Shown here: piece after piece, positions 9,113 to 18,358 of the stretch | How the letters are laid out: every line of letters begins with the position of its first letter | Position numbering within the stretch: position 1 is the stretch's first letter | Assembly (NCBI GenBank): GCA_027313505.1 | Contig: DAHVDN010000007.1 | Span: 14,110-78,109, forward strand | Origin: Candidatus Dormiibacterota bacterium | GTDB lineage: Bacteria > Chloroflexota > Dormibacteria > Aeolococcales > Bog-877 | Direction of reading: 5' to 3' | DNA: 64,000 bases | The notes under the pieces: model-generated | What the model saw: only the letters and a program-made list of their open reading frames with translations | Told to the model about the DNA's origin: nothing | The model's database searches: none | Position numbers and translations under genes: made by a program

Positions 9113-9661
9113 CTACCTCTCCTCCGACACCATGGACTCCGGAACCCCATTGATCTGGTAGGGCAGATCGCTGATGTCGAAGTAGCGCACCGGCTTGCGC
9201 ATCCGCTTGGCGATTCCCACCTGCACCTTCAGCCCCAAGGACAGGTCCCCAAACACCCACATCTCGTCACAACGAGCTATCAGGTTGTTCATGGCCTCGC
9301 GCACCAGATCCTTGGGCACAGTGTGGAGCAGGTAGTAGTCGAAGAGCATGAAGGGAGTGACCGGGACTCGGCCATCGTCGAGCACGTACTTGGTCAGTTG
9401 CTGGCGCCAAAAGAAGTTCCGGTTGCTCATGGCGACATAGACCAGCGGCTTCGGTCGGCGGAGCGTTCGCTCCGCCTGCTCCGCCGGGCTGGCCCTAGGA
9501 GTGGGAGTGAAGATAAGCTCCAAGATGTCATCCGCCGAGCGGGCTGCACCCACCTTGGGTGCAGTTCCGACCTCTCCCTCGCCAGCTCCTTGGGGTTCGC
9601 CCGAAGAGGGGTCCCCAAAGGGCTGGGAGCCGTCGCCACGCGCGCGCTGCTTTGCACCCAA
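9113..9661 (-). CDS. Hypothetical protein with a nucleoside 2-deoxyribosyltransferase-like C-terminal domain
   Basis: The C-terminal 120 aa (LVYVAMSNRNFFW...CDEMWVFGD...GIAKRMRKPVRYF) resembles NDT/Rcl-like folds (YxAG..., GyA..gKPV). The N-terminal 50 aa are low-complexity and the start is uncertain. There is a 12-nt gap to the upstream UDG gene. Confidence 0.45.
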   Translation of the reverse strand: MGAKQRARGDGSQPFGDPSSGEPQGAGEGEVGTAPKVGAARSADDILELIFTPTPRASPAEQAERTLRRPKPLVYVAMSNRNFFWRQQLTKYVLDDGRVPVTPFMLFDYYLLHTVPKDLVREAMNNLIARCDEMWVFGDLSLGLKVQVGIAKRMRKPVRYFDISDLPYQINGVPESMVSEER

Positions 9662-9673
9662 GATTTTCTGGGA

Positions 9674-10396
9674 TTATACGCAATCCAAAGGAGCGATCCG
9701 GGAACTTGCCAAGAGCTCGACCAGCCGACTCAGCCACCCCAGCGCCTTTGCCAGCTGCGCCCTGTGGGACGTTTGATTCAACCAGTGGCTGGCACCGGAA
9801 GGGTGGGGCAGCGGTAGGACCAGCAATCGACCAGGAGGGCGTCGCCATCCCGCCAGCTCTTCGGAAGCTTCCTCTCCACCTTCCCAGAACACTCGACCTA
9901 TCAGCTGTTCCATGGGTCGCGCTCCGATGAAGCGCCCGATCGCAAGTTGACCGACCGCAATCAGCAACAGGGGGCTTAGCAGCCTCAGCTGGTCGTCGAG
10001 GTGGGGCCGACAGAGTTCGACCTCTGTCGCGGACGGCCGTCGGTCCCCCGGTCCGGCGCCGGCAGCTCCGGGAAAGCACTTGGTCACAGAGGTGATATAG
10101 ACGGCTCGTCGAGCCGTAGTCTCGTCGCCAAGGCCGGCCTCCGCGAGCCAGCGAAACAGCTGTCGCCCCGCCCGACCGCTGAACGGCAGCCCACTGTGCT
10201 GCTCGAGTCGACCCGGCGCCTGGCCGATCAGCATCACCTCACTCAGGACCGGACCCGATAGGACGGGGCGGACGGTCGGGATCAATCCACAGTCCTGGCA
10301 CCGTCGGCAGCTCATGATCCTTCGGTGCAGCTGCTCAAGCTGAGCCCCTCGTACCGGAGCGGGGCCGGCTGTCTTTGGAACTTGAAACGGAGGCAC
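9674..10396 (-). CDS. Uracil-DNA glycosylase, family 4 (4Fe-4S type)
   Basis: CRRCQDCGL... Cys cluster, followed by GQAPG (GEAPG-like active-site motif), HPS and SHW regions. Confidence 0.8.
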   Translation of the reverse strand: MPPFQVPKTAGPAPVRGAQLEQLHRRIMSCRRCQDCGLIPTVRPVLSGPVLSEVMLIGQAPGRLEQHSGLPFSGRAGRQLFRWLAEAGLGDETTARRAVYITSVTKCFPGAAGAGPGDRRPSATEVELCRPHLDDQLRLLSPLLLIAVGQLAIGRFIGARPMEQLIGRVFWEGGEEASEELAGWRRPPGRLLVLPLPHPSGASHWLNQTSHRAQLAKALGWLSRLVELLASSRIAPLDCV

Positions 10397-10642
10397 CGGG
10401 TGCTATCCTAATGCGGACCAACCCGTCCCCTGGACGGTCCCCGGAAACAGCAGGGCACCCAGATGCCTCAAGGCTCCGATCCCAGACGCTGGCCCGACCA
10501 GCAGTCCCCAGATCCGGGCTCGCCAACTCAGCCCGGCTGGTGGAGTTCGATGTGGCACGAGAGGCTGCCCCGCGAAGTCGGCGAACCGGCCCCCGCACGA
10601 GCGCTGGGCACCCTACTACAGGGATGGAGCCAACGGGCGGTT

Positions 10643-10810
10643 ATGGCCATGGTGCCGCTGTTGGTGGTCGCCGCCGTCGTGTTTGGCAGCTTCGGGTTCA
10701 CCCTGGTGAGTGAAATCATGGCAGCGGCCATCCTTCTCATCCTCGCGGGAGCCGCATTGCACCCCATCTGGCGGCGCTCGCGCGACCGCGCTGGAAGTTG
10801 GTGGCGATGA
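10643..10810 (+). CDS. Possible small membrane protein (55 aa)
   Basis: MAMVPLLVVAAVVFGSFGFTLVSEIMAAAILLILAGAALHPIWRRSRDRAGSWWR: two hydrophobic helices with a positive C-terminal tail. ATGA-coupled to the next small ORF. Confidence 0.25.
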   Translation: MAMVPLLVVAAVVFGSFGFTLVSEIMAAAILLILAGAALHPIWRRSRDRAGSWWR

Positions 10811-11103
10811 CGGAGAGACGTGGCGGGCGGCGCTCGGCTCCTGGTCGACTTGTGGAGCTGCCGGCGGTCGCGGCAAAGGTTGGAGCTGAGCTGCGACGCC
10901 GAGCGGATGGGCCCGGTCTGGAGGGGGCCATTGCCGATGGGCTCTTGAGGCTATTGCACCACTCGGCCCGGCTCATGACCGAGATCGGATCCAACTTAGA
11001 GCAGGCGATTACGCCGGAGCAGGCGCCCCGCGCACGCAGAGCCGCGCCCCAAGGGCCAGGCGACAGAACGTCTCGGGTTCGCAAACTCAGGCCTGAGGAC
11101 TGA
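10798..11103 (+). CDS. Possible small protein (101 aa)
   Basis: Start overlaps the previous stop (ATGA at 10807-10810). The sequence is not obviously low-complexity, but no motif is recognised. Confidence 0.2.
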   Translation: MVAMTERRGGRRSAPGRLVELPAVAAKVGAELRRRADGPGLEGAIADGLLRLLHHSARLMTEIGSNLEQAITPEQAPRARRAAPQGPGDRTSRVRKLRPED

Positions 11104-11123
11104 TCCCGCCTCCCTCCTCAAGC

Positions 11124-11978
11124 TCAGCCCCATGGGGAAGCCGGCGGACGCGCAGGGGGAAGTCCACTTCTGTCCTCTCGCTCCGCCAGGCCACGTCCGT
11201 AGCCCCTTTGGGAGGGATTTGGGACCAGGTCAAACAGGCGGTAACTCTCGGCCAGCTCCACCCCCACCAGAGCCCCGGCCTGCCGAGCCCCCTTCCACAT
11301 GCCTTCCGCCATATCGGAGGCGTCGAACTGGCTCCGGTGCTCGCCGAGCGCCGCAAGTTGATTCTCGATGTCAACAGCCAGTACCGGAACCGCCACGTCT
11401 GCCGACTGGCCCGAGCCGATCAGGACAAATTTGGTCTTATGAGGCTGAAGCCCCTCTTCCGAGGCGAGCTCCGGGAAGGCTCTGACATCTCGCGCACTGG
11501 GAAAGACGGCATCCAGGCAGGCGTCCGCCGCGGCCCGATGGTCCGGATGATTGATGTACCCGCGGCCGAAGAACCTGCTGGTTGGATCCATGGTCACCAC
11601 CAGCTCGGGGCGAAAACGGCGCAGAACCCGCACCAGATCGCGCCTGACGTCCAGCGTATTCTGCAGCATCCCGTCGGGGTAACCAAGGCAGATCACCTGG
11701 TCCACCCCCAGGTGTGACGCCGCCGCCCGCTGCTCCTCCAGGCGGATCCGGCTCAGCTCACCTGGCGGGACCTCGGGATCGTCTCCACCCGCGTCGCCGT
11801 CTGTGACGAGGCAAATGGCTCCTCGAGTTCCCTGGCTGACCCATGCTGACATGACCGCTGCCGCCAGAAAATCGCAGTCGTCCGGATGCGCAACCACCAC
11901 CAGGGCGGACTCGGGCACGTAGTCGAAGAGTTCCAAGGTTGGCTGACCGGCATTGGATCGGGGTTCGTCATCACTCAT
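11124..11978 (-). CDS. PIG-L / LmbE-family N-acetylglucosaminyl deacetylase
   Basis: VVVAHPDDCDFLAAAVM (AHPDDE zinc-binding motif) and downstream HPDH; full-length LmbE fold. Confidence 0.8.
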   Translation of the reverse strand: MSDDEPRSNAGQPTLELFDYVPESALVVVAHPDDCDFLAAAVMSAWVSQGTRGAICLVTDGDAGGDDPEVPPGELSRIRLEEQRAAASHLGVDQVICLGYPDGMLQNTLDVRRDLVRVLRRFRPELVVTMDPTSRFFGRGYINHPDHRAAADACLDAVFPSARDVRAFPELASEEGLQPHKTKFVLIGSGQSADVAVPVLAVDIENQLAALGEHRSQFDASDMAEGMWKGARQAGALVGVELAESYRLFDLVPNPSQRGYGRGLAEREDRSGLPPARPPASPWG

Positions 11979-11999
11979 ACACCCGCTATCCTCCCAGGG

Positions 12000-12869
12000 A
12001 TGAACTCCTCTCTGCCTACTCAGATCGTCGCTACCTTTTCCATCGCGGCAACCGACGGCATCGACTGGGGGGTGGCCGTCGCATCGAAGTTCCTAGCTGT
12101 CGGTGCGGTCGTCCCAGCCGCCGCCAGTGGGGTGGGAGCCATCGCCACCCAGGCGATGGGGAACACCTCGTTCAAGGCGGATGGCCTAAGAATGCTGCGC
12201 GAGGGCGTCTCCGCCTCAGCGGTGGTTGACAGGCTCACCGGCGATGACCCCGACCGAGATCACCGTCAACTAGGGGTTGTCGACAGTTTCGGGCGGGCCG
12301 CGAGCTACACCGGAGCCGCCTGTTTCGCCTGGGCGGGCTCCAGGATGGGACCGAACTACACCTGCCAGGGCAACATCCTCACCAGTCCAGGGGTGGTCGA
12401 GGCCATGGCCGCCGCTTTCGAGGGGAGCACGGGCCGGTTGGCGGACAGACTGCTCACGTCGCTTAAGGCCGGCGACGACGACGGCGGAGACAGTCGGGGC
12501 CGGCAGTCGGCTGCGCTGTTGGTGGTCAGATCAGGTGGGGGCTACGGCGGCTTCGACGACCGGATGATCGACCTACGGGTCGACGACCTACCGCGGCCGA
12601 TACCCGAACTGGAGCGCCTTCTGCGACTCTGGCGGCTCCACTTTGAAGTCCCCACAAAGGAGGGGTTGATTCCCGTCGACGCCGGAATCGTCGCCCTTCT
12701 TCGTTCCGGCCTGGAACTACGCGGTCAGCTCGATGGCGCGGCTTCGGACGAACAGGTGATTGACGCCCTCCAGCGGTGGGCGGGCATGGAGAACCTGGAG
12801 GAGAGATGCAAGAACCGAACGCTGGTGGATCCTCTGGTGCTGGCGCTGCTTGCCGGCGACGCCGGGTGA
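12000..12869 (+). CDS. DUF1028-family (Ntn-hydrolase-like) protein
   Basis: N-terminus TFSIAATDGIDWGVAVASKF, typical of DUF1028. AGGGA RBS before the ATG at 12000. Confidence 0.7.
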   Translation: MNSSLPTQIVATFSIAATDGIDWGVAVASKFLAVGAVVPAAASGVGAIATQAMGNTSFKADGLRMLREGVSASAVVDRLTGDDPDRDHRQLGVVDSFGRAASYTGAACFAWAGSRMGPNYTCQGNILTSPGVVEAMAAAFEGSTGRLADRLLTSLKAGDDDGGDSRGRQSAALLVVRSGGGYGGFDDRMIDLRVDDLPRPIPELERLLRLWRLHFEVPTKEGLIPVDAGIVALLRSGLELRGQLDGAASDEQVIDALQRWAGMENLEERCKNRTLVDPLVLALLAGDAG

Positions 12870-12915
12870 CTGCGCGCCGCTGCTGGAAAACGGGTCTTAG
12901 GTAGAGAGGACCGGG

Positions 12916-14010
12916 TCAGCTGCTGGAATCGGCCAGTTCTCGGCCTGGGTATCCCCACCGACCCTGAGGGCTGGTGGCCCCGGTAGGGCCGTCTGCCAGG
13001 CCCACACCGGTCCCCCACCTGGCCGGGTTGCGACGCGCCAGCCGGCTGGGGATGAGATGGGCGCCCATCGCGAAGATCAGCCAGCCAAAGAAGAGGGGCA
13101 GCCCGAATCCCCAGATGTCCTTGGCCATATAGAAGTGGAAGTCCTGAGCGTCAACGTACTGCATTGCGGTCATAAGTAGACCAACAACCCCGAAGGCGAC
13201 GTTCACCAATACCCAACCTTGGGCGATTATTCGTGGCCTCTCAAGGCGGAAGCGATCCAGGGGCCGAAGCTCGAGTGACGGAGCGGCCGAACGGCTCCAC
13301 CCGAACCAGAGGTTGCCGAGCATGATGGCCCAGCAGATCGCCCCCGCTGTGAACACCACGATCCCGAACGCCACCATGTTCTGCGACACGGCAGCGGGAA
13401 GACCCTGGGTGCCCGCGTAGACTCCTTCGTTCAGCAGCAGGCCTCCCCCCGTGAGGAGTGTCCCGCCGAGGAGTCCGCTCACCAGCACTGTGATCCAACT
13501 ACGCAAGCGCCTCTGCCGTACCTCAAATGAACCGCCAAGGGCGCCGAGGACCCTCCAGAGAAGCGGTGCCCCGAGAGCCCAGATCATCCAGGGCGGAACG
13601 ATCGCCGGCAGCCAGTCGACCGAAAGGTTGAAGTGGAAGTCATACCCATCCCAGGCGCGAAGCAGGACCATCCCTCCCCACACCAGCATGGTGTAGACAA
13701 GCAGGTAGACCGCAGATCCAATCACCACCTCGAAACGCTTCTCCACCAACCGCTGAAGCCCCCCGCCAGGCTCTTGCAACCAGCCGGCAACCTTCCAGTA
13801 GAGAGGTCCCGCAAGAAACAAGATGATCCCGACCGGGGTGGCCCAGGGCAGGATGTCCATGATCAGGTTGAAGTGGAAGACGTAAGGGTTCGCGACCTTG
13901 AGAAGCACCATGGCGGCCCACACCACCAAGACAAACGTGATCGCCAGGATCACCGCAGCGGTAACCACCTCAAAACGGCGCCTGATCAGGGTGTCCCAGC
14001 TCATCAGCAT
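12916..14010 (-). CDS. Integral membrane protein with three tandem internal repeats (each ~75 aa, two TM helices, conserved RFEVV...DFHFN core)
   Basis: Repeats RRFEVVTAAVILA...NPYVFHFNLIMDILPW; KRFEVVIGSAVYLL...DGYDFHFNLSVDWLP; ...AQDFHFYMAKDIWGF. No known family recognised. Confidence 0.65.
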   Translation of the reverse strand: MLMSWDTLIRRRFEVVTAAVILAITFVLVVWAAMVLLKVANPYVFHFNLIMDILPWATPVGIILFLAGPLYWKVAGWLQEPGGGLQRLVEKRFEVVIGSAVYLLVYTMLVWGGMVLLRAWDGYDFHFNLSVDWLPAIVPPWMIWALGAPLLWRVLGALGGSFEVRQRRLRSWITVLVSGLLGGTLLTGGGLLLNEGVYAGTQGLPAAVSQNMVAFGIVVFTAGAICWAIMLGNLWFGWSRSAAPSLELRPLDRFRLERPRIIAQGWVLVNVAFGVVGLLMTAMQYVDAQDFHFYMAKDIWGFGLPLFFGWLIFAMGAHLIPSRLARRNPARWGTGVGLADGPTGATSPQGRWGYPGRELADSSS

Positions 14011-14071
14011 GCAATGTTAACGGCCCGACCCCGGGCCATTATCGCCTCCCCCGAGCCCATCACGACACCGT

Positions 14072-14401
14072 TCACGCTCGCATTCCCCGGAAGATCAGGA
14101 TCATCCCCAGGAGCAGGAGGACTACGGAGATCAGCGCCAGACATCCGAAGTCGAAGCTCAGCAGGACCCGAAATCGGGTTCGCATCTCTCCGACGGCGGG
14201 CGACCTTAGGGGCCTGCCCGTTGGGACCAGGGGGCCCGAACGCGGCAGCTCGCCCCGATTGTTCGACTGATTTCCCCAGATGCTGCGCAAGCTTAGACTC
14301 GCGCCGAAGGCCATCAGAACCCCGACAGCCAAGATGACCAGCCCGAGCCCGATGCTGCCATGAGGAGCTGCTGCCAGCACCGACGACGGTGCGGCGGTCA
14401 T
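14072..14401 (-). CDS. Small membrane protein (2 TM)
   Basis: Hydrophobic N- and C-terminal helices; lies in the minus-strand string between the cox genes and the repeat protein with 25-60 nt spacers. Confidence 0.35.
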   Translation of the reverse strand: MTAAPSSVLAAAPHGSIGLGLVILAVGVLMAFGASLSLRSIWGNQSNNRGELPRSGPLVPTGRPLRSPAVGEMRTRFRVLLSFDFGCLALISVVLLLLGMILIFRGMRA

Positions 14402-14426
14402 GGGGAGATTTCCGAGTACGCTCCCC

Positions 14427-14654
14427 CTAGCGGAGGGCGCGATATTCCCGACGAGCGTCCCTGATCCAGCCCCCCAGTGCGACCACCAGAATGATCAGGC
14501 CCACGATGACCACCACCAGTTTGGTGATGACGCCGATAAGCGACATCGCGACACCCACCGCCAGCAGGGCTGGCCAGAAGCTGGGACCGGGAAGGTGCTC
14601 CTCCTCGTGCTCTGGCTCGTCCGTCCCGGCCACCTCGTCAGCCATGGGCCGCAC
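14427..14654 (-). CDS. Small single-TM protein, possibly a cytochrome oxidase accessory/subunit-IV-like protein
   Basis: Acidic N-terminus (EPEHEEEH) followed by one TM (LLAVGVAMSLIGVITKLVVVIVGLIILVVALGGW) and a basic C-terminus. Lies 106 nt downstream of ctaA. Confidence 0.4.
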   Translation of the reverse strand: MRPMADEVAGTDEPEHEEEHLPGPSFWPALLAVGVAMSLIGVITKLVVVIVGLIILVVALGGWIRDARREYRALR

Positions 14655-14759
14655 CGAGGTATAGGGTGGCCCAAACGAAGGCCACGACCAGCATCAGAAA
14701 TGCGATCACGGTCAGGATGATCCCGAACCGCATGTTGCCGCCCGCAGACCGTCGCTGCA

Positions 14760-15761
14760 CTATCCCTCCTCCGTCGATGGATCAGGGCCCATCTTAAGAC
14801 TCTTGCCCGCCGAGGGCTGAAGGGCCGGGGGCCGAAGCGCACCCAGACCGGGGGACTCGTCCGCCGCGGCCAGCCAGCCGATGGTGGCCAGCCACACCAC
14901 AGCTGCCCAGATCGCCGCGGCCAGGGCGATATGGAGGTCCTGAAGGGCATCCGGAGCAGCCGTCGTCGCCACCAGGCCACCGACTGCGATTTGGGCCAGA
15001 AGAAGTACTCCGACTAGGTCCGCAATCAACCGGGCTCCAGGGATCCCACGCCAGCGCCGAGCCACATGCATGACGAAAAGAACGATGAAGATCGACACCA
15101 GGAGCACCGAAAGCCGGTGTGCGTATTGGATGATCACCAGCGGTGCCGCCACACCGCGAGCGGAGCAGAAGGGCCAGGACGGACAGGAGTAGGTCGCCCC
15201 CCCGTCAACCACCAAAGAACCTGAGACCAGAAGCAGGAAGGTCATGGCGACTGTGGTGTAGCCCAGGGCATTCAGCCGCCGACGGACTGCCGGAACACTG
15301 GGGACCAGAACCGCAGCCACCGTGACCCAGGTGATGGCCAGGACGATCAAGCCGAAGAGAAGGTGCAGGGCGACGGTGAAGGGGGCGTTGTGGGTGACGA
15401 CTGTGATGGCCCCCAGGACAATCTGAATGGCGATGATCCCGACTGCTGCGGTTGCAGGGACCAGCACCGAGCGGCGCTCCCGAGCGAACGCCCAGGCAGC
15501 CACTGCGGTCGATACCACCAGCAAAGTGACCAAGACCACCAAGTAGCGGTGGGACTGCTCCAGAAGCGAGTGGAAGTGGTCAATCGGGCCGAGCTGCCCG
15601 TAGCAGAGGGGCCAGCCAGGGCACCCCATGCCCGACTCGGTGACTCTAACCGTGCTTCCCAGAATTATCAGGAAGTAGGTCGCCACCCCGGTGACGATCG
15701 CCAGAGTCGGCAGGATCCATCTGGGCCGGCGTCCGCTCCCGGACGGCGCGGCCAAACTCAC
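14760..15761 (-). CDS. ctaA: Heme A synthase
   Basis: CPGWPLCYG motif in loop 1 and a second CPSWPFC pair. Start chosen at GTG (complement of 15759-15761) overlapping the ctaD stop (GTGA). The track ORF 14760..15890 would overlap ctaD by 130 nt. Confidence 0.85.
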   Translation of the reverse strand: MSLAAPSGSGRRPRWILPTLAIVTGVATYFLIILGSTVRVTESGMGCPGWPLCYGQLGPIDHFHSLLEQSHRYLVVLVTLLVVSTAVAAWAFARERRSVLVPATAAVGIIAIQIVLGAITVVTHNAPFTVALHLLFGLIVLAITWVTVAAVLVPSVPAVRRRLNALGYTTVAMTFLLLVSGSLVVDGGATYSCPSWPFCSARGVAAPLVIIQYAHRLSVLLVSIFIVLFVMHVARRWRGIPGARLIADLVGVLLLAQIAVGGLVATTAAPDALQDLHIALAAAIWAAVVWLATIGWLAAADESPGLGALRPPALQPSAGKSLKMGPDPSTEEG

Positions 15762-17416
15762 GGCAGAACCGCACCCGGTGGATTTATCGCCTTTCCCGAC
15801 AGCCGGTAGTCCCGCAGCGGGCGGTTGCTTTCGACAGGGGGAAGCTCGCGATCGAAGTTCTGCGGAGGCGGCGGCGAGGTCGTGAACCACTCCAGGGAGT
15901 TGCCCTCCCAGGGATCATTCACCGCAGTCTTGGGACCGTGCAAGGAGATCGCCACGTTGTAGATGAAGATCAGGACGGCGATCGCAATGATGTAGGAGCC
16001 AATTGTCTCCAACAGGTTGAGGGGTCCCCACCCGCTGCTCGCCCCGTAGGTGGCGATTCTCCGGGGCATGCCCATCACTCCCAGGAAATGCATCGGCATG
16101 AATGTGAGGTTGAAACCGATGATCAGCAGCCAGAAGTGCCACTTGCCCAGTCTCTCATTCAGGTAGCGGCCGAACATCTTGGGCCACCAGTAGTAGAGGC
16201 CGGCGAAGAGCGCGAACAGCGATCCGCCGACCAGCACGTAGTGGATGTGGGCCACGACCCAGTAGGTTCCGTTGAGCTCGTAGTCGATCCCCAGGGAAGC
16301 CAGGAAAACTCCATCCAGCCCACCGATGAGGAACATCAGGATGAACCCCACAGCGAAGAGCATCGCCGCGGAGTACTGGATGGACCCGCCCCACATAGTT
16401 CCCAACCAGTTGAAGATCTTGACTCCGGTCGGTACCGCAATCACCATCGTCGCGCCCATGAAGAAGATCTGCACCGGCAGCGGCAGTCCCACGGTGAACA
16501 TGTGGTGGCCAAAAACCATGAAGCCAAGCACACCGATGGCAGCCATGGACATTGCCATGGCTCGGTAGCCGAAGATCGGCTTTCGGGTGAAGACCGGCAG
16601 GATCTCAGAAATGACCCCAAAGCCCGGCAGAACCATGATGTAGACCGCCGGGTGGGAATAGAACCAGAAGATCAGCTGGTAGAGAATGACATTGCCACCG
16701 CCGCTGGGGTTGAAGAAGTTGGTTCCCAACTGGCGGTCCAACAGGACCATGGCCAGGGCCGCCGCCAGGAACGGGGACGCCAGCAGGACCAGCGCCGAAG
16801 TCACCTCCATCGCCCAAACGAAGAGAGGAAGGCGGAACCAGGTCATGCCAGGTGCACGCATCCGGTGGATGGTGACCAGGAAGTTGACGGCCCCCATAAC
16901 CGAGGCGATTCCCAAGATGTGAAGACCAAGAATCCAGAGGTCCTGGCCAACCTGTGGCGAATAGAGCTTCTCGGTCAGGGGCACGTATCCGGTCCAACCC
17001 GCGGCAGCGGTACCACCGAAGAAGAACCCGCTGTACATGACCAGACCGCCCAACGGGATGAGCCAGAAGGCGAAGGCATTGATCCTAGGGAAGGCCATGT
17101 CCTTGGCGCCGATCATTAGCGGGAGCATGTAGTTGCCGAAGGCGCTCCACACCGGGACCACGAACAGGAAGATCATCGTGGTTCCGTGCATCGTGAACAG
17201 CTGGTTGTACTGGGATGCGGTGAGCAGGTTGTTGTTGGGCTGGGCCAGTTGAGTGCGCAGCAACAACGCCATCAACCCCCCGATCAGAAAGAAGACGAAG
17301 GTGGTGTAGAGGTAGAGCAGACCAATCCGCTTGTGGTCGGTGGTAGTGACCCATTCCCACACGGCCTGGTGGCTGCGGTGGGCGGGGCGGATCAGCGGAA
17401 GTTCAGCTGCTGCCAT
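15758..17416 (-). CDS. ctaD: Cytochrome c oxidase subunit I
   Basis: 12-TM heme-copper oxidase; WFYSHPAVYIMVLPGFG and HHMFTVG motifs. Confidence 0.95.
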   Translation of the reverse strand: MAAAELPLIRPAHRSHQAVWEWVTTTDHKRIGLLYLYTTFVFFLIGGLMALLLRTQLAQPNNNLLTASQYNQLFTMHGTTMIFLFVVPVWSAFGNYMLPLMIGAKDMAFPRINAFAFWLIPLGGLVMYSGFFFGGTAAAGWTGYVPLTEKLYSPQVGQDLWILGLHILGIASVMGAVNFLVTIHRMRAPGMTWFRLPLFVWAMEVTSALVLLASPFLAAALAMVLLDRQLGTNFFNPSGGGNVILYQLIFWFYSHPAVYIMVLPGFGVISEILPVFTRKPIFGYRAMAMSMAAIGVLGFMVFGHHMFTVGLPLPVQIFFMGATMVIAVPTGVKIFNWLGTMWGGSIQYSAAMLFAVGFILMFLIGGLDGVFLASLGIDYELNGTYWVVAHIHYVLVGGSLFALFAGLYYWWPKMFGRYLNERLGKWHFWLLIIGFNLTFMPMHFLGVMGMPRRIATYGASSGWGPLNLLETIGSYIIAIAVLIFIYNVAISLHGPKTAVNDPWEGNSLEWFTTSPPPPQNFDRELPPVESNRPLRDYRLSGKAINPPGAVLP

Positions 17417-17432
17417 GGTGACTGGGCCCTCT

Positions 17433-18194
17433 TCAGGTTGTCAGGTGCTGGATGTAGCGCTGGTATTGGTCCATGGAGACAACCTTGACCGTGATCAACA
17501 TCTGATCATGGCCGACCCCACAGAATTCGTAGCACTGGCCGCCGAAGGTTCCGAGCCGGCTGCCTTCCAAAAACGCGTGGTTCACAATTCCCGGAAGGGC
17601 ATCGATCTTGGCCCCCAACTGGGGCACCCAGAAGCCGTGGATCACGTCCATCGACTCGGTTGACAGCTCAATCGGAACATTGACCGGAATTTCCAGCGTC
17701 CGCAGGGAGTATTTCCCGTTCGGATAGTAGAAGGTCCAGTAGAACTGGCGACCCACAACCTTGATATGCACCTCCTGGCGTGCCGCTGGGCTGGCCGGGC
17801 TGGGACCGTGTCGAAGGTAGCCGACATTGACCGCATTAAGGACGAAGAGGCCCACCAGGACTACGAGGGGCCCGATGGTCCACGCCAACTCCACCCGGTT
17901 GTTCCCGTGGATCTGCTTGGGCATCTCGTCGGGGGAGCGACGCCGGAAGTGAATAGCCGCGTACAGGATGGCCCCACCTACCCCGACCAGCACCACGCTG
18001 GAGCAGATCAGGAATACGGTCCAGATCATATCGATGGTATTGACCGGCGGCCCGCCACCGTTGAGGAAGTTGGTGTTCCCGGCGAAGACCGGGACGGCCC
18101 CAGCCGCTGCCGCAAGACCGGCGAGACCGCCGGCTGCCGCCAGCTTGCCTCCGATCCGGTTCCAACTCGAGTTCAAGCTCTCCTCCCACGCCAC
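17433..18194 (-). CDS. ctaC: Cytochrome c oxidase subunit II
   Basis: CuA centre CYEFCGVGHDQM; two N-terminal TM helices; VIHGFWVPQLG. Confidence 0.9.
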   Translation of the reverse strand: MAWEESLNSSWNRIGGKLAAAGGLAGLAAAAGAVPVFAGNTNFLNGGGPPVNTIDMIWTVFLICSSVVLVGVGGAILYAAIHFRRRSPDEMPKQIHGNNRVELAWTIGPLVVLVGLFVLNAVNVGYLRHGPSPASPAARQEVHIKVVGRQFYWTFYYPNGKYSLRTLEIPVNVPIELSTESMDVIHGFWVPQLGAKIDALPGIVNHAFLEGSRLGTFGGQCYEFCGVGHDQMLITVKVVSMDQYQRYIQHLTT

Positions 18195-18358
18195 ACCGAC
18201 GGACCCAGTCGGGGCGACTGGTCCTCCGACGGCCGCTGCCGGGGAGTATGCCGATCGTCCGATCTCAGTGTCAATCTTGATTTGCCCCGCGGGGCGCGGA
18301 ACTCCCTGGCTAAGATGGGCAGGTAGAGTAAGAACCCCACTGGGACAAGGGGGTGGAC

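Noticed and set aside
15938-17119. 393-aa plus-strand ORF
   Set aside because: Antisense to ctaD; extremely H/D/E/R/Q-rich and not protein-like; a classic GC-rich shadow frame.
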